Virus record (IMG/VR): IMGVR_UViG_3300045988_061465
Location: 72,493 to 136,492 of that record
Length of the DNA stretch: 64,000 bases
Source of the DNA: a virus
Direction: 5' to 3' (one strand)
This document shows, piece after piece, positions 46,818-60,291 of the stretch. Below the pieces are notes generated by a model that was not told the DNA's origin, made no database searches, and saw only the letters and a list, made by a program, of their open reading frames with translations. Within the stretch, counting starts at the first letter, position 1, and each line of letters starts with the position of its first letter. Position numbers and translations under genes: made by a program.

Positions 46818-47732
46818 ATGGACAAAAGTAAAATTACAAAACAAAATGGGAACATAGCTTTTGAGGAAGAAGCTCATATTTATTATGATGTTACAAAGCC
46901 AGAACAGAAGTTTATATCTGTAACGACTTTAATTCATTCTTTCACCCAACCATTTGATAAGGAGTTCTGGTCAGCATATAAAGCACTAGAGAAACTCTTA
47001 CCTAAAGAAGATTGGGCTATAGAAAAAAAGTCTTTGTTGAACACTAAGAAATTTGATAAAGTTCTACTTGAACTTCATAACATTACAGAAGACGAGTTTA
47101 ATAAAGAGCAACAAGCTATCTTAGATGCTTGGGATTTAGAGAATAGAAACTCATGCGAGAGGGGAACTAAAATCCATGCAGATTTGGAAAACTCTTTCTA
47201 TAAAAAGAAACAGAACATAGACCTTAGTAAATATCAAATAGGTGGCAAGTTCGAGTGTATAAAAGACCACAATGAATTAGACTTAGAGAATGGTGTATAT
47301 CCTGAGTATTTAATATCTAGAGTATCGGATGATGGAAAGCTAAGAATAGCAGGACAGATTGACTTATTAGTTAAAAGGGGAAATAAGATAATTATAGGAG
47401 ACTGGAAGACCAATAAGAAAATAGAAACTAAGAGTTTCTTCAATTCTAAAACCAAAACTTCTGTTAAGATGAAATATCCTCTAAATAATTTAGATGATGT
47501 TAATTACTGGCACTATACTTTACAATTAAGTACTTATGCTTGGATGATTCAAAAGAAAAATCCAGAGTTTGAAATAGAGGATTTGGTTTTGGTACATTTC
47601 GACCATAATGACAATATGACAGTATATCATTTACCATATCTAAAAGATGAGGTTATAAAAATGCTAGCCTTCTATAAGAAGGAATCTATATTGGCAGAAA
47701 ATAAAAGAAAACGTCAACGTATTGAATATTAA
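46818..47732 (+). CDS. PD-(D/E)XK family nuclease (Cas4/RecB-like exonuclease fold)
   Basis: IAGQIDLLVKRGNKIIIGDWKTNK has the D...(D/E)xK pattern. 304 aa. Q-rich but with no TAG, so standard code. Confidence 0.5.
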   Translation: MDKSKITKQNGNIAFEEEAHIYYDVTKPEQKFISVTTLIHSFTQPFDKEFWSAYKALEKLLPKEDWAIEKKSLLNTKKFDKVLLELHNITEDEFNKEQQAILDAWDLENRNSCERGTKIHADLENSFYKKKQNIDLSKYQIGGKFECIKDHNELDLENGVYPEYLISRVSDDGKLRIAGQIDLLVKRGNKIIIGDWKTNKKIETKSFFNSKTKTSVKMKYPLNNLDDVNYWHYTLQLSTYAWMIQKKNPEFEIEDLVLVHFDHNDNMTVYHLPYLKDEVIKMLAFYKKESILAENKRKRQRIEY

Positions 47733-47734
47733 TT

Positions 47735-47950
47735 ATGACACTAGAGGAAATAGAAGAAAGATTTGAGATATGTAGACGCTGCCCAATATGTGATCAAGAT
47801 AATGGATTATGTAATGGGCATTTGTATCTAAATCCAAAGAATAATGATATAAGTATAAGCCCTAAAGAAGGGTATATAAAGGGATGTGGATGTTTACTAG
47901 AGAAGAAGATTCCAAACGAAAAGAAACATTGTCCAGCAGGGAAATGGTAA
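47735..47950 (+). CDS. small zinc-ribbon protein (71 aa)
   Basis: CRRCPICDQDNGLCNGH...CGCLLEKKIPNEKKHCPAGKW. Confidence 0.4.
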   Translation: MTLEEIEERFEICRRCPICDQDNGLCNGHLYLNPKNNDISISPKEGYIKGCGCLLEKKIPNEKKHCPAGKW

Positions 47951-48267
47951 TTTATGGAACTCCTATATTATATAAACCAGATAAGCATTATATACTTACT
48001 GTCATAAACAGGGAAACAAAGGAGGAAAAAGATATGATATGGAAGTGGATTAAAGCAATATTTACTAAACCTTTAACAATATTGAAAAGTATATATTTCA
48101 ATATATTCGGAATAAATCAAGATTTGGCAACCAAAAGATTAAAAATTTGTGACGCTTGTTCCCATAAACTACAAACATCTGTTGGGGAAGTGTGTGATGA
48201 ATGTGGTTGTATATTAGAGAATAAAACAAGAATTGAAGATGAACATTGTGATTTATGTAAATGGTAA
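47884..48267 (+). CDS. Cys-rich protein (127 aa)
   Basis: CDACSHK...CDECGCILE...CDLCKW. Overlaps the previous gene in another frame. Confidence 0.4.
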   Translation: MWMFTREEDSKRKETLSSREMVIYGTPILYKPDKHYILTVINRETKEEKDMIWKWIKAIFTKPLTILKSIYFNIFGINQDLATKRLKICDACSHKLQTSVGEVCDECGCILENKTRIEDEHCDLCKW

Positions 48268-48275
48268 AATGAATT

Positions 48276-48878
48276 ATGGAAACTTTAAGAACAGAATTAA
48301 ACAGTAACGAAAAACTAGCACTATCATTAACTGGAATGGAAGGTATAGGAGAACATTTTATTTTAAATGGAGAGGCTGCAGACCAAACATTATTAAGAGA
48401 AAAACAAGAGAAGTTTAATACCGCAGTAGATGAGTTAGAAGATAAATTCTCCAAACATAATCAGGCACTAGAGGATTACGCTAAGTCATTATCTAACGAT
48501 ATGAATGGACTTGAAATTATGCCGATGTATGGGTATGCATTAATTAAACCTTTTGAACAAAACCCATTCCAAAAAATAAAAACTACTAAAAGTGGTCTTA
48601 TTACTGATTTAGGTGGATTTACTCCTACTTATAAATCTAATGAGACTGGAGAAATTGAAGAAGAACAACAATTTATTAAGGTAGGAACTGTGATAGAAGT
48701 AGGACACAAGTGTGAGTTCTTGAAGCCTGGAGATATTGTATTTTATACAATAGCTAGTGAATGTATGGTTCCATTCTATAAACTGGGATTTGTAGTAGTT
48801 AATGAGAATAGAATCATGGCTGTAGTTAATGAGAAACTAACTGAAAGAAGAGACGAATTGAAGCATGGAAACAATTGA
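48276..48878 (+). CDS. protein with GroES-like co-chaperonin C-terminal domain
   Basis: LIKPF...KTTKSGLITDLGG...KVGTVIEVGH...KPGDIVFYT...ENRIMAVVNE follows the GroES/T4 gp31-like pattern. Confidence 0.45.
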   Translation: METLRTELNSNEKLALSLTGMEGIGEHFILNGEAADQTLLREKQEKFNTAVDELEDKFSKHNQALEDYAKSLSNDMNGLEIMPMYGYALIKPFEQNPFQKIKTTKSGLITDLGGFTPTYKSNETGEIEEEQQFIKVGTVIEVGHKCEFLKPGDIVFYTIASECMVPFYKLGFVVVNENRIMAVVNEKLTERRDELKHGNN

Positions 48879-49089
48879 TGAAAAAGTTTATTTTAAGCCT
48901 GGGGATTGTGTTACTTTACGGTAGTGTAAAGTAATGCACTCTCCAGTTATGCTTGTTCTAAGAAGAGAAGCAGCTTTATTTAAAGATAACCAAGGATTAC
49001 GAGGACTAAGATGTAGATGGTTTACTGATTCTGGATTAATGCAGGAAGCAGTATTTAATACAAAGGATTTAATTAAAGTAGAAGAGTAA
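48865..49089 (+). CDS. DUF2158 (YodC)-like small protein with 1 in-frame TAG
   Basis: Hand translation METIDEKVYFKPGDCVTLR[TAG]CKVMHSPVMLV...GLRCRWFTDSGLMQEAVFNTKDLIKVEE, which matches the FKxGDxVxL...P.M.V...C.WF pattern. Confidence 0.5.
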
Positions 49090-49661
49090 TGGCTAATTAG
49101 GAAGAATTACAGAAGGCATTCATGGCATACTTGATACAAGATGCCCAAGCACAGGGAATACAATTACAATCAGAGCAAGATTTATAGGCTTACGCCGAAT
49201 AGCTTGGAGAAGATGGAATTAAAGCTAAGTATCAAGAATTTATGTAGAAGATGCAAGGTGGAATTATGGCTAGACTTGGGGCTAAACTAGAATACTATAA
49301 AAAATTAAAAGGAGTATGCCCAGAAGGAGAGGAACTTGTTTATTTTAAACAGGGAGGAAGAATCTGCAAAGCTTGCCAAAAAGCATAGAAAGGAACTAAG
49401 GTTACTAAGAAAGCTAATGAAGTTGACAAATTCAAGGCTGTAAGAGCTTAGTATAAAAAGGATATGAAATCTGCAAAGGATGAAGCATCTAGAGATTCTG
49501 TATCTATTAATAAATATAATGACTAGGAGGTCATGGCAAATAAGGGACACAAAGGAAACTTTAAAAATGGAAAATGGGTTCCAGATAGAACAAAATATGC
49601 TAAGAAAGATGCTTGTGGTTCTAAAATGAAAGTAAGTAAATGCGGTTCTAAAATGAAATAA
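49089..49661 (+). CDS. hypothetical protein with 7 in-frame TAG codons (190 aa)
   Basis: MAN[TAG]EELQKAFMAYLIQDAQAQGIQLQSEQDL[TAG]AYAE[TAG]LGEDGIKAKYQEFM[TAG]KMQGG... Reading TAG as Gln gives natural Q-rich helices. Ends ...GSKMKVSKCGSKMK then TAA. Confidence 0.55.
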
Positions 49662-49691
49662 AAAGATTAAAGATGTTAATGTTAATGATTG

Positions 49692-50258
49692 ATGAGTATG
49701 AATGTATTTAATTATAACACTTTAACTAAATAGTTAGAAATAAATGAACCAGAGCTTCTTCTAGTTAAAGAGTTTAAGGCTTTGATACAGAGAGATAAAT
49801 CTGTTGACAAGGAACGAGTAACTAGAGAATTATCTTACATTTATCTAGCTATTGATTGGAAGAGTCCTTATAGCCAATATTCAGAACATGAAAGACATGA
49901 TGAAGCTATTAGTGACTCTGGACTATCTGAATCCGAATTTAATGACCCGTTATTCAGGGAAGCCTGTAGAAAATACCGAGCATTGTAGGATTCTAACAAA
50001 TCAATAAAACTTCTAGAAGCAGCTAAAAGAGCGGCTGACTAGTTTATTGATTATTTTGATACTATAGTAGATTTAAATGAACGTGATAATAATGGCAAAC
50101 CCGTCTTTCAAGCTGAAAAGGTAATGAAAGAGATGGCTACTCTTCATAAAGTTCATGAAGAATTAGTAACACTAGAAGAGCAGGTTAAGAAAGAGCTTAC
50201 AGAACAATCTACTGTAAGAGGTGGAGCTACAGACGGCTTTGACCCAGGAGACTTTTAA
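49692..50258 (+). CDS. hypothetical protein with 3 in-frame TAG (candidate small terminase subunit by position only)
   Basis: Continuous frame MSMNVFNYNTLTK[TAG]LEINEPELLLVKEFKALIQRDKSV...RKYRAL[TAG]DSNKSIKLLEAAKRAAD[TAG]FIDYFD...GFDPGDF then TAA. Immediately upstream of TerL. Confidence 0.4.
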
Positions 50259-50260
50259 TT

Positions 50261-52621
50261 ATGCCTAGAAAGAAAAAAATATTACCTGAAGAAATCTAGA
50301 ATATAGTAGATTAGGTAAGAGAGAAAGAACAAAAAGAGGATGCCAAAGAAGCTAGAGAACTAGTATAGAAGATAAGAGAGGAAAGGGGCAAAAATGCTGA
50401 TTATTGGGATGTAAAAAGAGGAGATAAGATAGAGGTATTTGACCCTACTTTATCTTATGAAATAACTGGATATAGACCAATAGATGAAACACATGGTCTT
50501 GACTTCGACCCAGATTGGTTTACTGAGACCAGAGAAGTATATAGAAAAACTGGAAAGTATTGTCCATATCTAAAAGATAGTAAGAGATATAATGAGTTTT
50601 GGAAGGAATAGTATAGAAGATGTAAATATGGAATGACTGTTAATGGTTATACAATTACTGGAGATAACTATTTCTTCCTAAACTTCTACTAGCTTCCTAT
50701 TATTGATGATAACAAAGCATCTGGAGAAGGAACAAGTAGTGACTTTCCTATATTTTTCGCATCTCATTATATGTTCTTTCATTATCTATAGATGGCTAGA
50801 GTTCTGCATAAACACGCAGCTCTCATGAAAGCTCGTTCTATTGGATTCTCTGAAATAAATGCATCCTTATCTGCAAGAATGTATTCAGTAATCAGAAGAA
50901 GCAGAGTAATGATTACCTGTTTTAATGATACTTTCCTTAAAGGTACTTTTAGTAAGTTTGATAATGCTTTAACATTCTTGAATACTTGTACAGGAGGAGG
51001 ATTCTTCAAACTACGTTTGATTGACCAAGACTTAAGAAAGAAGTCCGGTAAACAGATTAAGGTAAACGGGCAGTTTGAGGATGTTGGGTTTAAATCAGAA
51101 GTAGTTGGAATAAACGGAGCTAAGGCATCTAATATTCGTGGAGACCGTGTTGACTTATTAATATATGATGAAGCAGGGTCTTGGCCTGGACTAGATACTG
51201 CTGTAGTGCAGGGACAAGAGCTTTGTGAAGTTCAAGGTAAACCTCGTGGAACAATGTTATTTGGAGGTACTGGTGGTGATATGGGTGCTCCATTAGCAGG
51301 TCTTAAGAAGATATATTATAATCCAAAAGCTTACAAAGTTCTTCCATTTAGACACAATTATACACAGGATGGGACTACTATTGAAAGTGGGTTCTTCATT
51401 CCATATTTTGTCTAGTCTCTAAATTCAGAATACATGGACCATAGAGGTGTATGTAATACAGTAGAATATAAGAAGTATCTATAGGAAGAGCGCGACAATT
51501 TATTAGCAGTTCCAGATGACTATCTAAAGAAGTGTGCCGAACGATGTTGGAATGCAGAAGAAGCATTTAATCTTGAAGGTGTTAACAAGTTCAACAAGAT
51601 TCTTATTGCAGACCAATTAGCTAATATAAGACTTAAGAAAATAGGACCAAGACCAGAATCTGGATACATAGACTATTTCTATAAAAATAATAAACACACC
51701 TAGGATAATATAGATGGTTTTAAATGGATTCCTAATATTAACGGAAAAGTAAAAATACTTGAACATCCTGTATGGTCTGATTTGTATAAAGAGTAGATGG
51801 ATAAACTTAGATAGGAAGCTGAGGAAAGGGGAGAAGAATTTGAATCTCCAGCGTATAAAGAAATGCGTGATTTATATGTTGCAGGAATAGATGGTATTGA
51901 TATAGGAGCTAGTCAAACTTCAAAAGAAACAAGAGATCCTTCTGATTTCTGTATAACTATAAAAAGAAGAGCATTTGGTCTAAACGAACCGTAGTATGTT
52001 GCTATGTATAAAGACAGACCTAATGACATTAGAGAAGCCTATAAAATAGCCATGTGTTTAGCTAGATACTATAATTGTAGAATAAACATAGAAGCTACCC
52101 GTGTAGGTATGATTACCTGGGCTAGAGAAAAGGGTTGTTTAAACTACTTTATGAAAAGACCTAGAGCTACTCTAACAGACGTTAAGAATGGAACTACTAA
52201 ATAGTATGGAACACCTGCTACCAAAACCATTATAGAACAACATACTGATTTGACAGCAGCCTTTATTGAGGATTTCTGTCATACTATATGGTTTGAAGAA
52301 ATGTTAGACCAATTTACTGGATATAATGATGAGAATAAAGGTAAATTCGATATTGTAGCCGCTGTGGGAATGACAGAATTGGCAGACTAGGAATTGTCAG
52401 GAAGATAGCCAGTGCTTGTTGAAAAAGAAGTTGAACAATTCCAAGATTATGGTTATTATTACGACGAGAGGGGAATCAAAAGATTTGGGGTTATACCAAC
52501 TTCTAAGACTTTTGAAACTAACATACAAAAAAATGAATACGATGACCCATACAGAATTGAAACAAGTGATCCTAGGTTATATGAGAGACTTGTACAAAAT
52601 GGAATACGTAGGTGGGCTTGA
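50261..52621 (+). CDS. terL: terminase large subunit (TerL) with about 16 in-frame TAG codons
   Basis: A single frame links ORF-track pieces 50792..51415, 52004..52204 and 52412..52621 across TAGs. Contains ...YFFLNFY[TAG]LPIIDDNKASGEGTSSDFPIFFASHYMFFHYL[TAG]MARVLHKH..., the ATPase-like DLLIYDEAGSW and a nuclease-domain C-terminal half. Ends at TGA. Confidence 0.7.
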
Positions 52622-52877
52622 AATTCAGAACCTAGATCCAGTTGGTTATAAGGTATCATTTAACTTTGATAGGTCAGAGATGCCTTTAGTCATTATAGCT
52701 GATTTACCTGATGAAGAATTTCTCCCATTTATAAAGGAAGAATTAAGAAGTAGGAAGTTACAAAGAGTTAAATACTATAATGCAACTAAACTTCCTCCAG
52801 AACAGCATAATTTATGTTATGAAAGAAAAAGAACTAATAGACAAGACGAACGAGGCTATTGCGGAGCTTGTATATGA
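52542..52877 (+). CDS. small standard-code protein overlapping TerL 3' end (start uncertain)
   Basis: ORF track 52416..52877. Internal starts at 52542 and 52599 are more plausible. Cys-rich C-terminus. Confidence 0.35.
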   Translation: MTHTELKQVILGYMRDLYKMEYVGGLEIQNLDPVGYKVSFNFDRSEMPLVIIADLPDEEFLPFIKEELRSRKLQRVKYYNATKLPPEQHNLCYERKRTNRQDERGYCGACI

Positions 52878-54990
52878 TAAGTACGAATTATAGAAAGCCT
52901 ATAATTACTACAACGGGAAGAGAGACCCAGAATAGTTTCGTTACCTGGAAGAAAACTTCGGAATAGGTAGTCCTACTTCTGTAGAATTTACACCATTACT
53001 AAAGAAGCACGTAGATGCTCTAGTAGGGGAATATCTAGGAACCCCTATCCTTCCGAAGATTTCTTGTAAGGATTCAGATACCATTAGTAATATCACCAGA
53101 GAAAAATAGTTGGAAATAACTAAAGGGATAGTTAAATTTCTTAGAGACCATTTAAGTAATTCTATTCTGAAATTTATCGACGGAAAAGATATTACAGATA
53201 AAGCCGTGAAGACTTAGTTAGATAAAATTATTCAAGACATTGATTAGTCTTTTATTTCTCAATATGAGATAGCTGCATAGAATATTATTCATTATATCAT
53301 GCAGTCTAGAGAAACCGATTTAATAACTAAACTCCGATAGTTACTTACAGATTTATTAATTACTGGCTATACATTTTTCAGAGTAAAATCATCATCTTCT
53401 GGAACTAACATAGAAATAGAAGTTCTGAATCCTTTAAATACTTTCGTAGATAGGAATCCAGAATCTCCATATGTTAAAAATTCGTATAGAGTAGTAGTTA
53501 GAAAATGGATGAGTAAAAGCTAGATATTAGCTAAATATGGAAAAGAAATCTCTAGAGAAGATTTGAAAAGACTAAAAGATGAATGGAGAGCTGATGATTC
53601 AGCTGCAGTTTATAGAAGAGTTTATGGCGACACTTGTACTATAGTAAATGAAGACTAGAATCATGAAACTATTCCTGGATACCCAGATAATGAATATAGT
53701 GCTCATAGATTTTAGTTAATTCCTGTTTATGATGTAGAGTGGATAGAAACTGATGACGATTTTGTAATGTAGAGATACAATACCATTAGAATTGGAGAAG
53801 AAATATATATTCTGAGAGGTCTGGACAAGACTGTTATGAGGTCAAAAGATAATCCTAATTTCTGCTCTTTGTCTGTAAATGGGGTATATTTCTTAAATCG
53901 TTCTCAACAACCATACTCCCTGATATTAAAATGTGCACATCTATAGGATAGATATGACTTGTTAAATTATTATAGGGACAACCTGATAGCTAACAGTGGT
54001 ACTGCTGGAGTAATCATGGATATGTCATTGCTTCCTACTAACCTAGGCGTAAAATGGCCAGAAAGAGTGTAGAAATGGTTAGCATACAAGAAGGGTGGTA
54101 TCATGTGGATTGATTCCACTTAGGAGGGAAGAAATGATGGAGCGCAAGCACCTAACTAGATATACAATGGATTTGATGATACCTTAAAAGCTTAGGCTGT
54201 ATAGGCTATTGAATTAGCAATTCAATCAGTAGAACAAACTACATCATCTATAACTGGAGTATTTAGAGAAAGATTAAATGGAATAGAAACTCACGATGCT
54301 GTAACTAATATTAAGCAAGGTGTTACTAACTCTTACATAGTAACCAAGCATTATTTCTAGTAGATGGATCTAATCACTTGTGAGATATTATTGGATAGTC
54401 TAAACTAGGCTAAAATAACATATAAGAAAGGATTGACTGGTACTATTATACTTGGAGATAAATACTAGCAGATATTTACAGCACTTCCAGAATATTTTAC
54501 GGTTACTGATTATGACATCCATATAACTTCTAGCTCCGAAGTAATGGAAGATTTACAAACTATTAAAGCTATTATTCCAGAGTTTGTTAAAAGTCAGCAA
54601 ATGGATCCTGACATCATATTTGAAGCACTAACTGCTAAGAGTCTTACAGACCTTAAATACAAGGTTAAGAAAGCAGTATAGATTCGTAAAGAAGAAAACA
54701 ATTAGCTATAGTAGCTATAGGAAAAATTGGAAGAAACTTCACAATAGGCATAGCAGTTACAGCAAGAACTATAGAAAGCTTAGTAGAAGATAGAAAGTTT
54801 GGATGAGTAGAGATTAGGATTAGAATAGCAGAAAATGTAGTTAGAATATAAGGTTAACTGGCTCAAAGCTCAATCTGATTCTACATATAAAGATAGACAA
54901 ATGGATATAGAAGAAAAGAGAACTGAAATAGAGTTGGCTTAGCTTCATGATGGAAATCCATATAATGACAAAATAAGACAAATACATTAA
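52819..54990 (+). CDS. portal protein with about 35 in-frame TAG codons
   Basis: 723-codon frame MKEKELIDKTNEAIAELVYDKYEL[TAG]KAYNYYNGKRDPE[TAG]FRYLEENFGIGSPTSVEFTPLLKKHVDALVGEY... The C-terminal coiled coil becomes LQQLQEKLEETSQQAQQLQQELQKAQQKIESLDEQRLGLEQQKMQLEY if TAG is Gln. Position after TerL fits a portal. Confidence 0.65.
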
Positions 54991-54991
54991 T

Positions 54992-55726
54992 ATGGCAACT
55001 GGAACAATTGTATATAATAAGGATTAGCAATAGATTTATCCTATTTCAGATGGTTCGGTAATTATTAGTAATGCTTCTGGTTCCAAATCAAATGTGGAAG
55101 AAGATTTAAAGAAACTATTTAAATAGGTGTCAGACCTTTCTGGTTCTAGTGAGGCGGTAAATAATATTATTATTAAGATTCATTACTTACCTGCTGATAC
55201 TGCTGACGAATCTGAGATAAAATTATCTAATAAATAGTGGACTGATACTTTTGAACTTCCGACTGAGGAGAATCCATACATCTGGAAAAGAACTAAATTT
55301 ACTTTCTAGGGAGCTGACGAATCTCAGGGAACTACTATTTATGAGATTGTAGCAAGTGATGTTTCTACTGTTATTTAGAATATATACACTAGAACTGAGG
55401 GAATAACTCCAGTTATTGAGTATAAGTAGAAAACAGATGAGGAGGGAAATCCTCTATATGTAGATTCGGAAGGACATGAAACAACAACTGTTACTCCAAC
55501 TAAAGCATATGACTATAATTATTATTGGAATGGGGAACCAGCTGGTAAGTTAAATAGTCTACCACCGACTCCTGAAGGTTAGTCATATACATGGACAGAC
55601 TATCCTCAAGATATTAGTTTATCATTTAGTTCAGTTTTTATGTCTAGACGTATACGACAAGAAGGTAAGTGGAAACCATTTTCTACCCCTGCTCAATATG
55701 GTCAATGGCCTACTACTGAGTCTTAA
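54992..55726 (+). CDS. structural protein with 8 in-frame TAG (244 aa)
   Basis: Hand translation MATGTIVYNKD[TAG][CAA][TAG]IYPISDGSVII...GKWKPFSTPAQYGQWPTTES then TAA. Confidence 0.5.
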
Positions 55727-55745
55727 TTATTATAATATGGAATTT

Positions 55746-56465
55746 AGTATTGATATACATACCCAGATTAACGGGGAAATAACTATTGAAGACTTTTCAA
55801 AGGAATATGGATAGTATATTGATGAAGATTTAGAGGTAGTAACTTCCTATGATTCTTATAAGTATAGTGAAAGTGCTACCCTAAATACTATCATAAAAGT
55901 TAGTATAGGAGATGCTACTTTGATAGACGTACTTCTCAATGACCATACAGAGGATTTAGACTCTTGTACATTTAAGGTAAAAGAAGATGGATATTATGTA
56001 GTAGACCACATAATTCTTCCTAATATGAAATGGTATGAAAATTCATCTGATGAATACAAGGAGTATTATGAAACTATCTATATAACTGATGGGGAGAAAC
56101 TATATAAAGAAGTAGATGGAGAGCTAGAGGAATGTACTGTAAAAGAAATCCTTGAAAGAAATATAGAAGGAACTACTATCAAAAAATGTAAGGTAGATGT
56201 GTTCTTTACAGGAAATCTACAATAGTGTTATATTAACTACTGTAAGAAACTCTTTGACTCTTTATTAAATAAGTGTTTAACTAGAGAACATGATGCAGAT
56301 ATATTTGCAAGAGATTTTATCTGGATGACACTTAATATTATAGATTATTTAATAGGCTTTAAACAATTCATGGAAGCTGAAAGATTGTTAGCAATGTTCC
56401 GCACTTGCGGTGGATTCTGTGACAATCACCATGAACATAAACGTATAGGTTGTGGATGCTCTTAA
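55746..56465 (+). CDS. structural protein with 3 in-frame TAG and a Cys/His-rich C-terminus (239 aa)
   Basis: Links ORF-track 55920..56225 across TAGs. Ends ...FRTCGGFCDNHHEHKRIGCGCS then TAA. Confidence 0.5.
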
Positions 56466-56620
56466 AAGAAAGGCTATTAAAAGGTATGAGGATTTCCTTA
56501 AAAGGGTTAGAAAGGGATATAGACCAGATTATTAGGATATTTTGAATCTAATTTGTTTTATTAACCTACCCGTAAAATTAGATAATCACGAATTTATTAA
56601 ATAGCAATTATTGAATCATA

Positions 56621-58210
56621 ATGATACAGCCTATTTACACTTCGGTAAGCAATGCTGATATAAAGCCTTGTGGAAAGAAAGGACATTTAATAAAAAGTGA
56701 ACCTATACCTCTCCTAAGAAATAACTATCTTGGAGAATATAGAACTGAATTAGAAAGAGCTAAGGTTAGAAAGAATCTAGGTATTGCTGATGAGTAGAGT
56801 CTTCTTTGGGGAAATATAGAAGGAACTATAGAAGCCTAGAAAGATTTAGTATAGTACATAGAATAGAAATGGACTTATACTAGTGATGTTGCAGAGAATA
56901 TCAATACTGTAAAAGATGCCTTAGATTATGCTTTATTCTTTATAAGTTAGTACAAAGCTAATACAGAAGAAATAGAGGAAATAAAAGTTGATATAAGTAA
57001 TATCAGAACTTCTATTACTGTACTTAGGGAAGAACTTGAAGAAGAAATTGAATCTAACAGAACTGGCATAAACAATCTTTCTGAGAAAATAATCGAGATT
57101 AATGAGGCAATAGAGGATATTAACGAGTCTATCAAAAATATAGATGTCGACAAAAACATCTAGAATTGGATAACTAATAGTCTAAGAAACTCCAAAACCA
57201 TAGAAATAAAGGATGATAATACTCTAGAAGTAATTCTATCCTAGTAGGAGGATAACGCAATACATCTTATTTAGTAGGAAATTCCTCCAGTAGAGGAGGA
57301 AGGAGAGCCTTCCACAGTAGTCCTACCTGGAATATATGTAAAAGACCTGGAACCATCTCTAACAGAGGTAAAGGAAGAAGTTAAGGGAGTATAGGAAGCT
57401 TAGAAGACCACTGATTCTAAAGTAGATTCTAATACTGAGAATATCACAAATATATAGACAAGTTTAGAAACTATAGCTACTTATCAAACTGAACTTCCAG
57501 ATGCTACTACTTCTACTGTTATTCAAGGAACTACAGTCGAAAAATTGAAAGGAAAGCCGTTTAATGAGATTATAGATACTCTATTATTTCCTACTGTTGT
57601 TAGAGATTTGGTTTATCCTTAGTTGTATTATAGTTTTACCTCTTAGATTGTGGAGGTAGGATCCGCTTTACTTACTCCTACTTTAACATTTATAAAAAAT
57701 GATGCTGGAGAGGAAACTAGTAGAGAAGAAACTATTACCTATAATGACTCTCCTGTAGAATCTGAAACATATGATTCTATCGGTGTTTATGTGCATTCTG
57801 GTACTGTAAATTATGCTGCTGGAGAATATCTTATTAACAATAAAGGAGAAGTTACAGACAAGAGAGTGGAAGCTGGTTCAATATCAACTACAGCATAGGT
57901 GACTGCTACCTACCCTTGGTATTCTGGTAATACAGATAGTTTAATCAAATAGAGTCTTGTTCCATTTGGACAATTTTCTGGAATTATTACATTTTCATTA
58001 AGTGGAAAGGCTATTATAAAATTACCTGGAAGTAATACTTAGCTAAATTCATTTACAGTAGATGGAGGACTAGGATACCTAAATGTTGATTTAAGTGGCT
58101 GGGAAACTTCTACCGAATAGATAAATGGATTTCCTTATAAAGTATGGACTAAGAAGGATACTTATTCTTCAGCATTGCCTCATCAAATTAACTTTACTTT
58201 ATCACAATAA
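56621..58210 (+). CDS. tail fiber or other structural protein with about 25 in-frame TAG (529 aa)
   Basis: Links ORF-track 57650..57898 into one frame MIQPIYTSVSNADIKPCGKKGHLIK...INFTLSQ then TAA. Has a central coiled coil and a beta-rich C-terminus. Confidence 0.55.
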
Positions 58211-60075
58211 TGGCATTTAAATATACAGGTGATGCTACATTAGGTGTTGCTTTAACCGTAGAAACTCCTAAACCTCTTGATAATAGAACAGTAGTCAATA
58301 ATTTAGACGAATTATATTCTATTCCGGAGAAATATGCTTATCAAGGCATGACCGTTTCAAATATAGATAACGGAAATATTTATATGTTAGTAGATAAGTC
58401 TAAGATTAAATACAAAGAAGGTTGGAAAGCTTCTTATGAATCTATTTAGATAATCACCTGTACAGAGGCTGAATATAAGGAATGGTCTGAGAATACCACA
58501 GAAGATTTTAAACCTATAGACGAAGGTAAAACATATCTTCATGCAGAAACATATTATTATATATATGAAGACAGCCTAGATGATGATTAGTTTTATTTAT
58601 CAGCAGAATGGGGTAAAAAGATAGAGGAATAGTTGAAATAGAAAGCTCTAAATACTACTGTCGTATAGATTAGAACGGATTTAGACTAGACAATCTCTAA
58701 CCTTTCCAAGTATGCTACCCTTGAAGAATTAACTGAGAATTATGCCCCTAAAACTGACCTAGATTTAGAGAACCCAGAATCCTTGTTATCTAAAGCCTTA
58801 TCTAACCATTATACTAAGGAAGAAACTGATGACATATTTGTTACCAAAGAAAGTCTTAGAGGAGAAGGAATGGAAGGAGATGATTTTGTCTTTGTTACAA
58901 AGAAATAGTATGACGAAGACCAATAGGCTATTCAAGATGAGCTAGATAAGACTTTAAAGGTAGATGGGGACGGTTCGCTAGAAAGTATTACTGTAGGATA
59001 GATAAAGTCTCCAGCAGAAGGAGAGGATTAGCTAGTAGTAGATGTTAAATCTGATGGATTGTTTGTTGGAGAAGACCAATTCGCCATGATGTCAGATGTT
59101 CCTAATCTGGTTACATTAACTGAAGAGGAATATTTAAGACTGGTAGAAGAAGAGGCTATAGAACCTGACACATATTACTATGTGTATGATGTAACAAATG
59201 ATGCTAAAGTCTATATTACTAAGGAGTATTTAGATCAAAATTACCATACTACACATCAGTATTAGTCCTGGGTTGCTACTAATTATTACTCAAAGACATA
59301 GATTGATGAAATTGTTTCTGGTTTATAGAAACTAGGAAGCTACGTTACTACAGAAGATATTAAAGCATACTACACTAGCTCGTAGGTAGATGAAAAGTTT
59401 CTTACAAAAGAAAATGCTCAATCTACATACGCCACTCAATAGTCATTAACTGACCTTTCCAATTAGATAGCAGAGGAGTATGTGACAAAAGAAAGTTTGA
59501 GAGGAGATTCTCCCGAAACCGGTGATGACGATTTTATATTTGTTACCTAGAAGAAATATTAGGAAGATTAGGATGCCGCTTCTAAGGAATTTAGTACAGA
59601 GCTTCTGAAATCAACCTCTATAGAAACTTCTGATATTACTATTTAGAAAATTGTCGAAAAAGAAGTACAATAGGGAATAACTGGAGAAAGTTCAGAAGAT
59701 GAAACAACTGGACAGACTATTGAAAGTTCTGTTAAACTTACTACAGAAGACGATAGATTATTAGCATCTGGAAAGCAAGTTGCTCTTACAGAAGAGGTTC
59801 CTAAATTGGTATGTCTTCCACAAACAGATTATGATGACCTAGTTGAAAATAATAGGACAGAGAACGATACGTACTATTGTACTTATGGAGAAAAAGATAT
59901 ATAGGATACAGGATATGTCAGAAGTGAATATCTAACAGAACGTTACTATACAAAAGCTGAGGTGGAAGGATTAATAAAGGCTGCTGTAGACGAATTGTAG
60001 AAGAAAATAGATGCAATATAGCCTGGTTCTGGTAACGTACAGGTAGATGGAGAAAATGAACAATTAATATTTTAA
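58210..60075 (+). CDS. tail-fiber-like protein with internal repeats (about 621 aa, about 30 in-frame TAG)
   Basis: Links ORF-track 58210..58449 and 59059..59265. Repeated modules FVTKESLRG(E/D)...DDF(V/I)FVT(K/[TAG])K[TAG]Y(D/[TAG])ED[TAG].A. Confidence 0.55.
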
Positions 60076-60291
60076 ATAGTATGGGAACAATTTGGGTTGA
60101 AGGGTAGTTTAAGAACTCAGCAAAACCAGTAAAAGTTGTTGGAGGAAATGTAGGAGGATCTGGAATAGACCCAGATACATTAAAGAACTACGCTACCAAG
60201 GCTGAACTGTAGAAAGCTGTTGAAGACTTAACTGCCTCCATAGAAAAAATAGATCATAATGTAGAAGAAGAAACTTTAATAATACAATAAT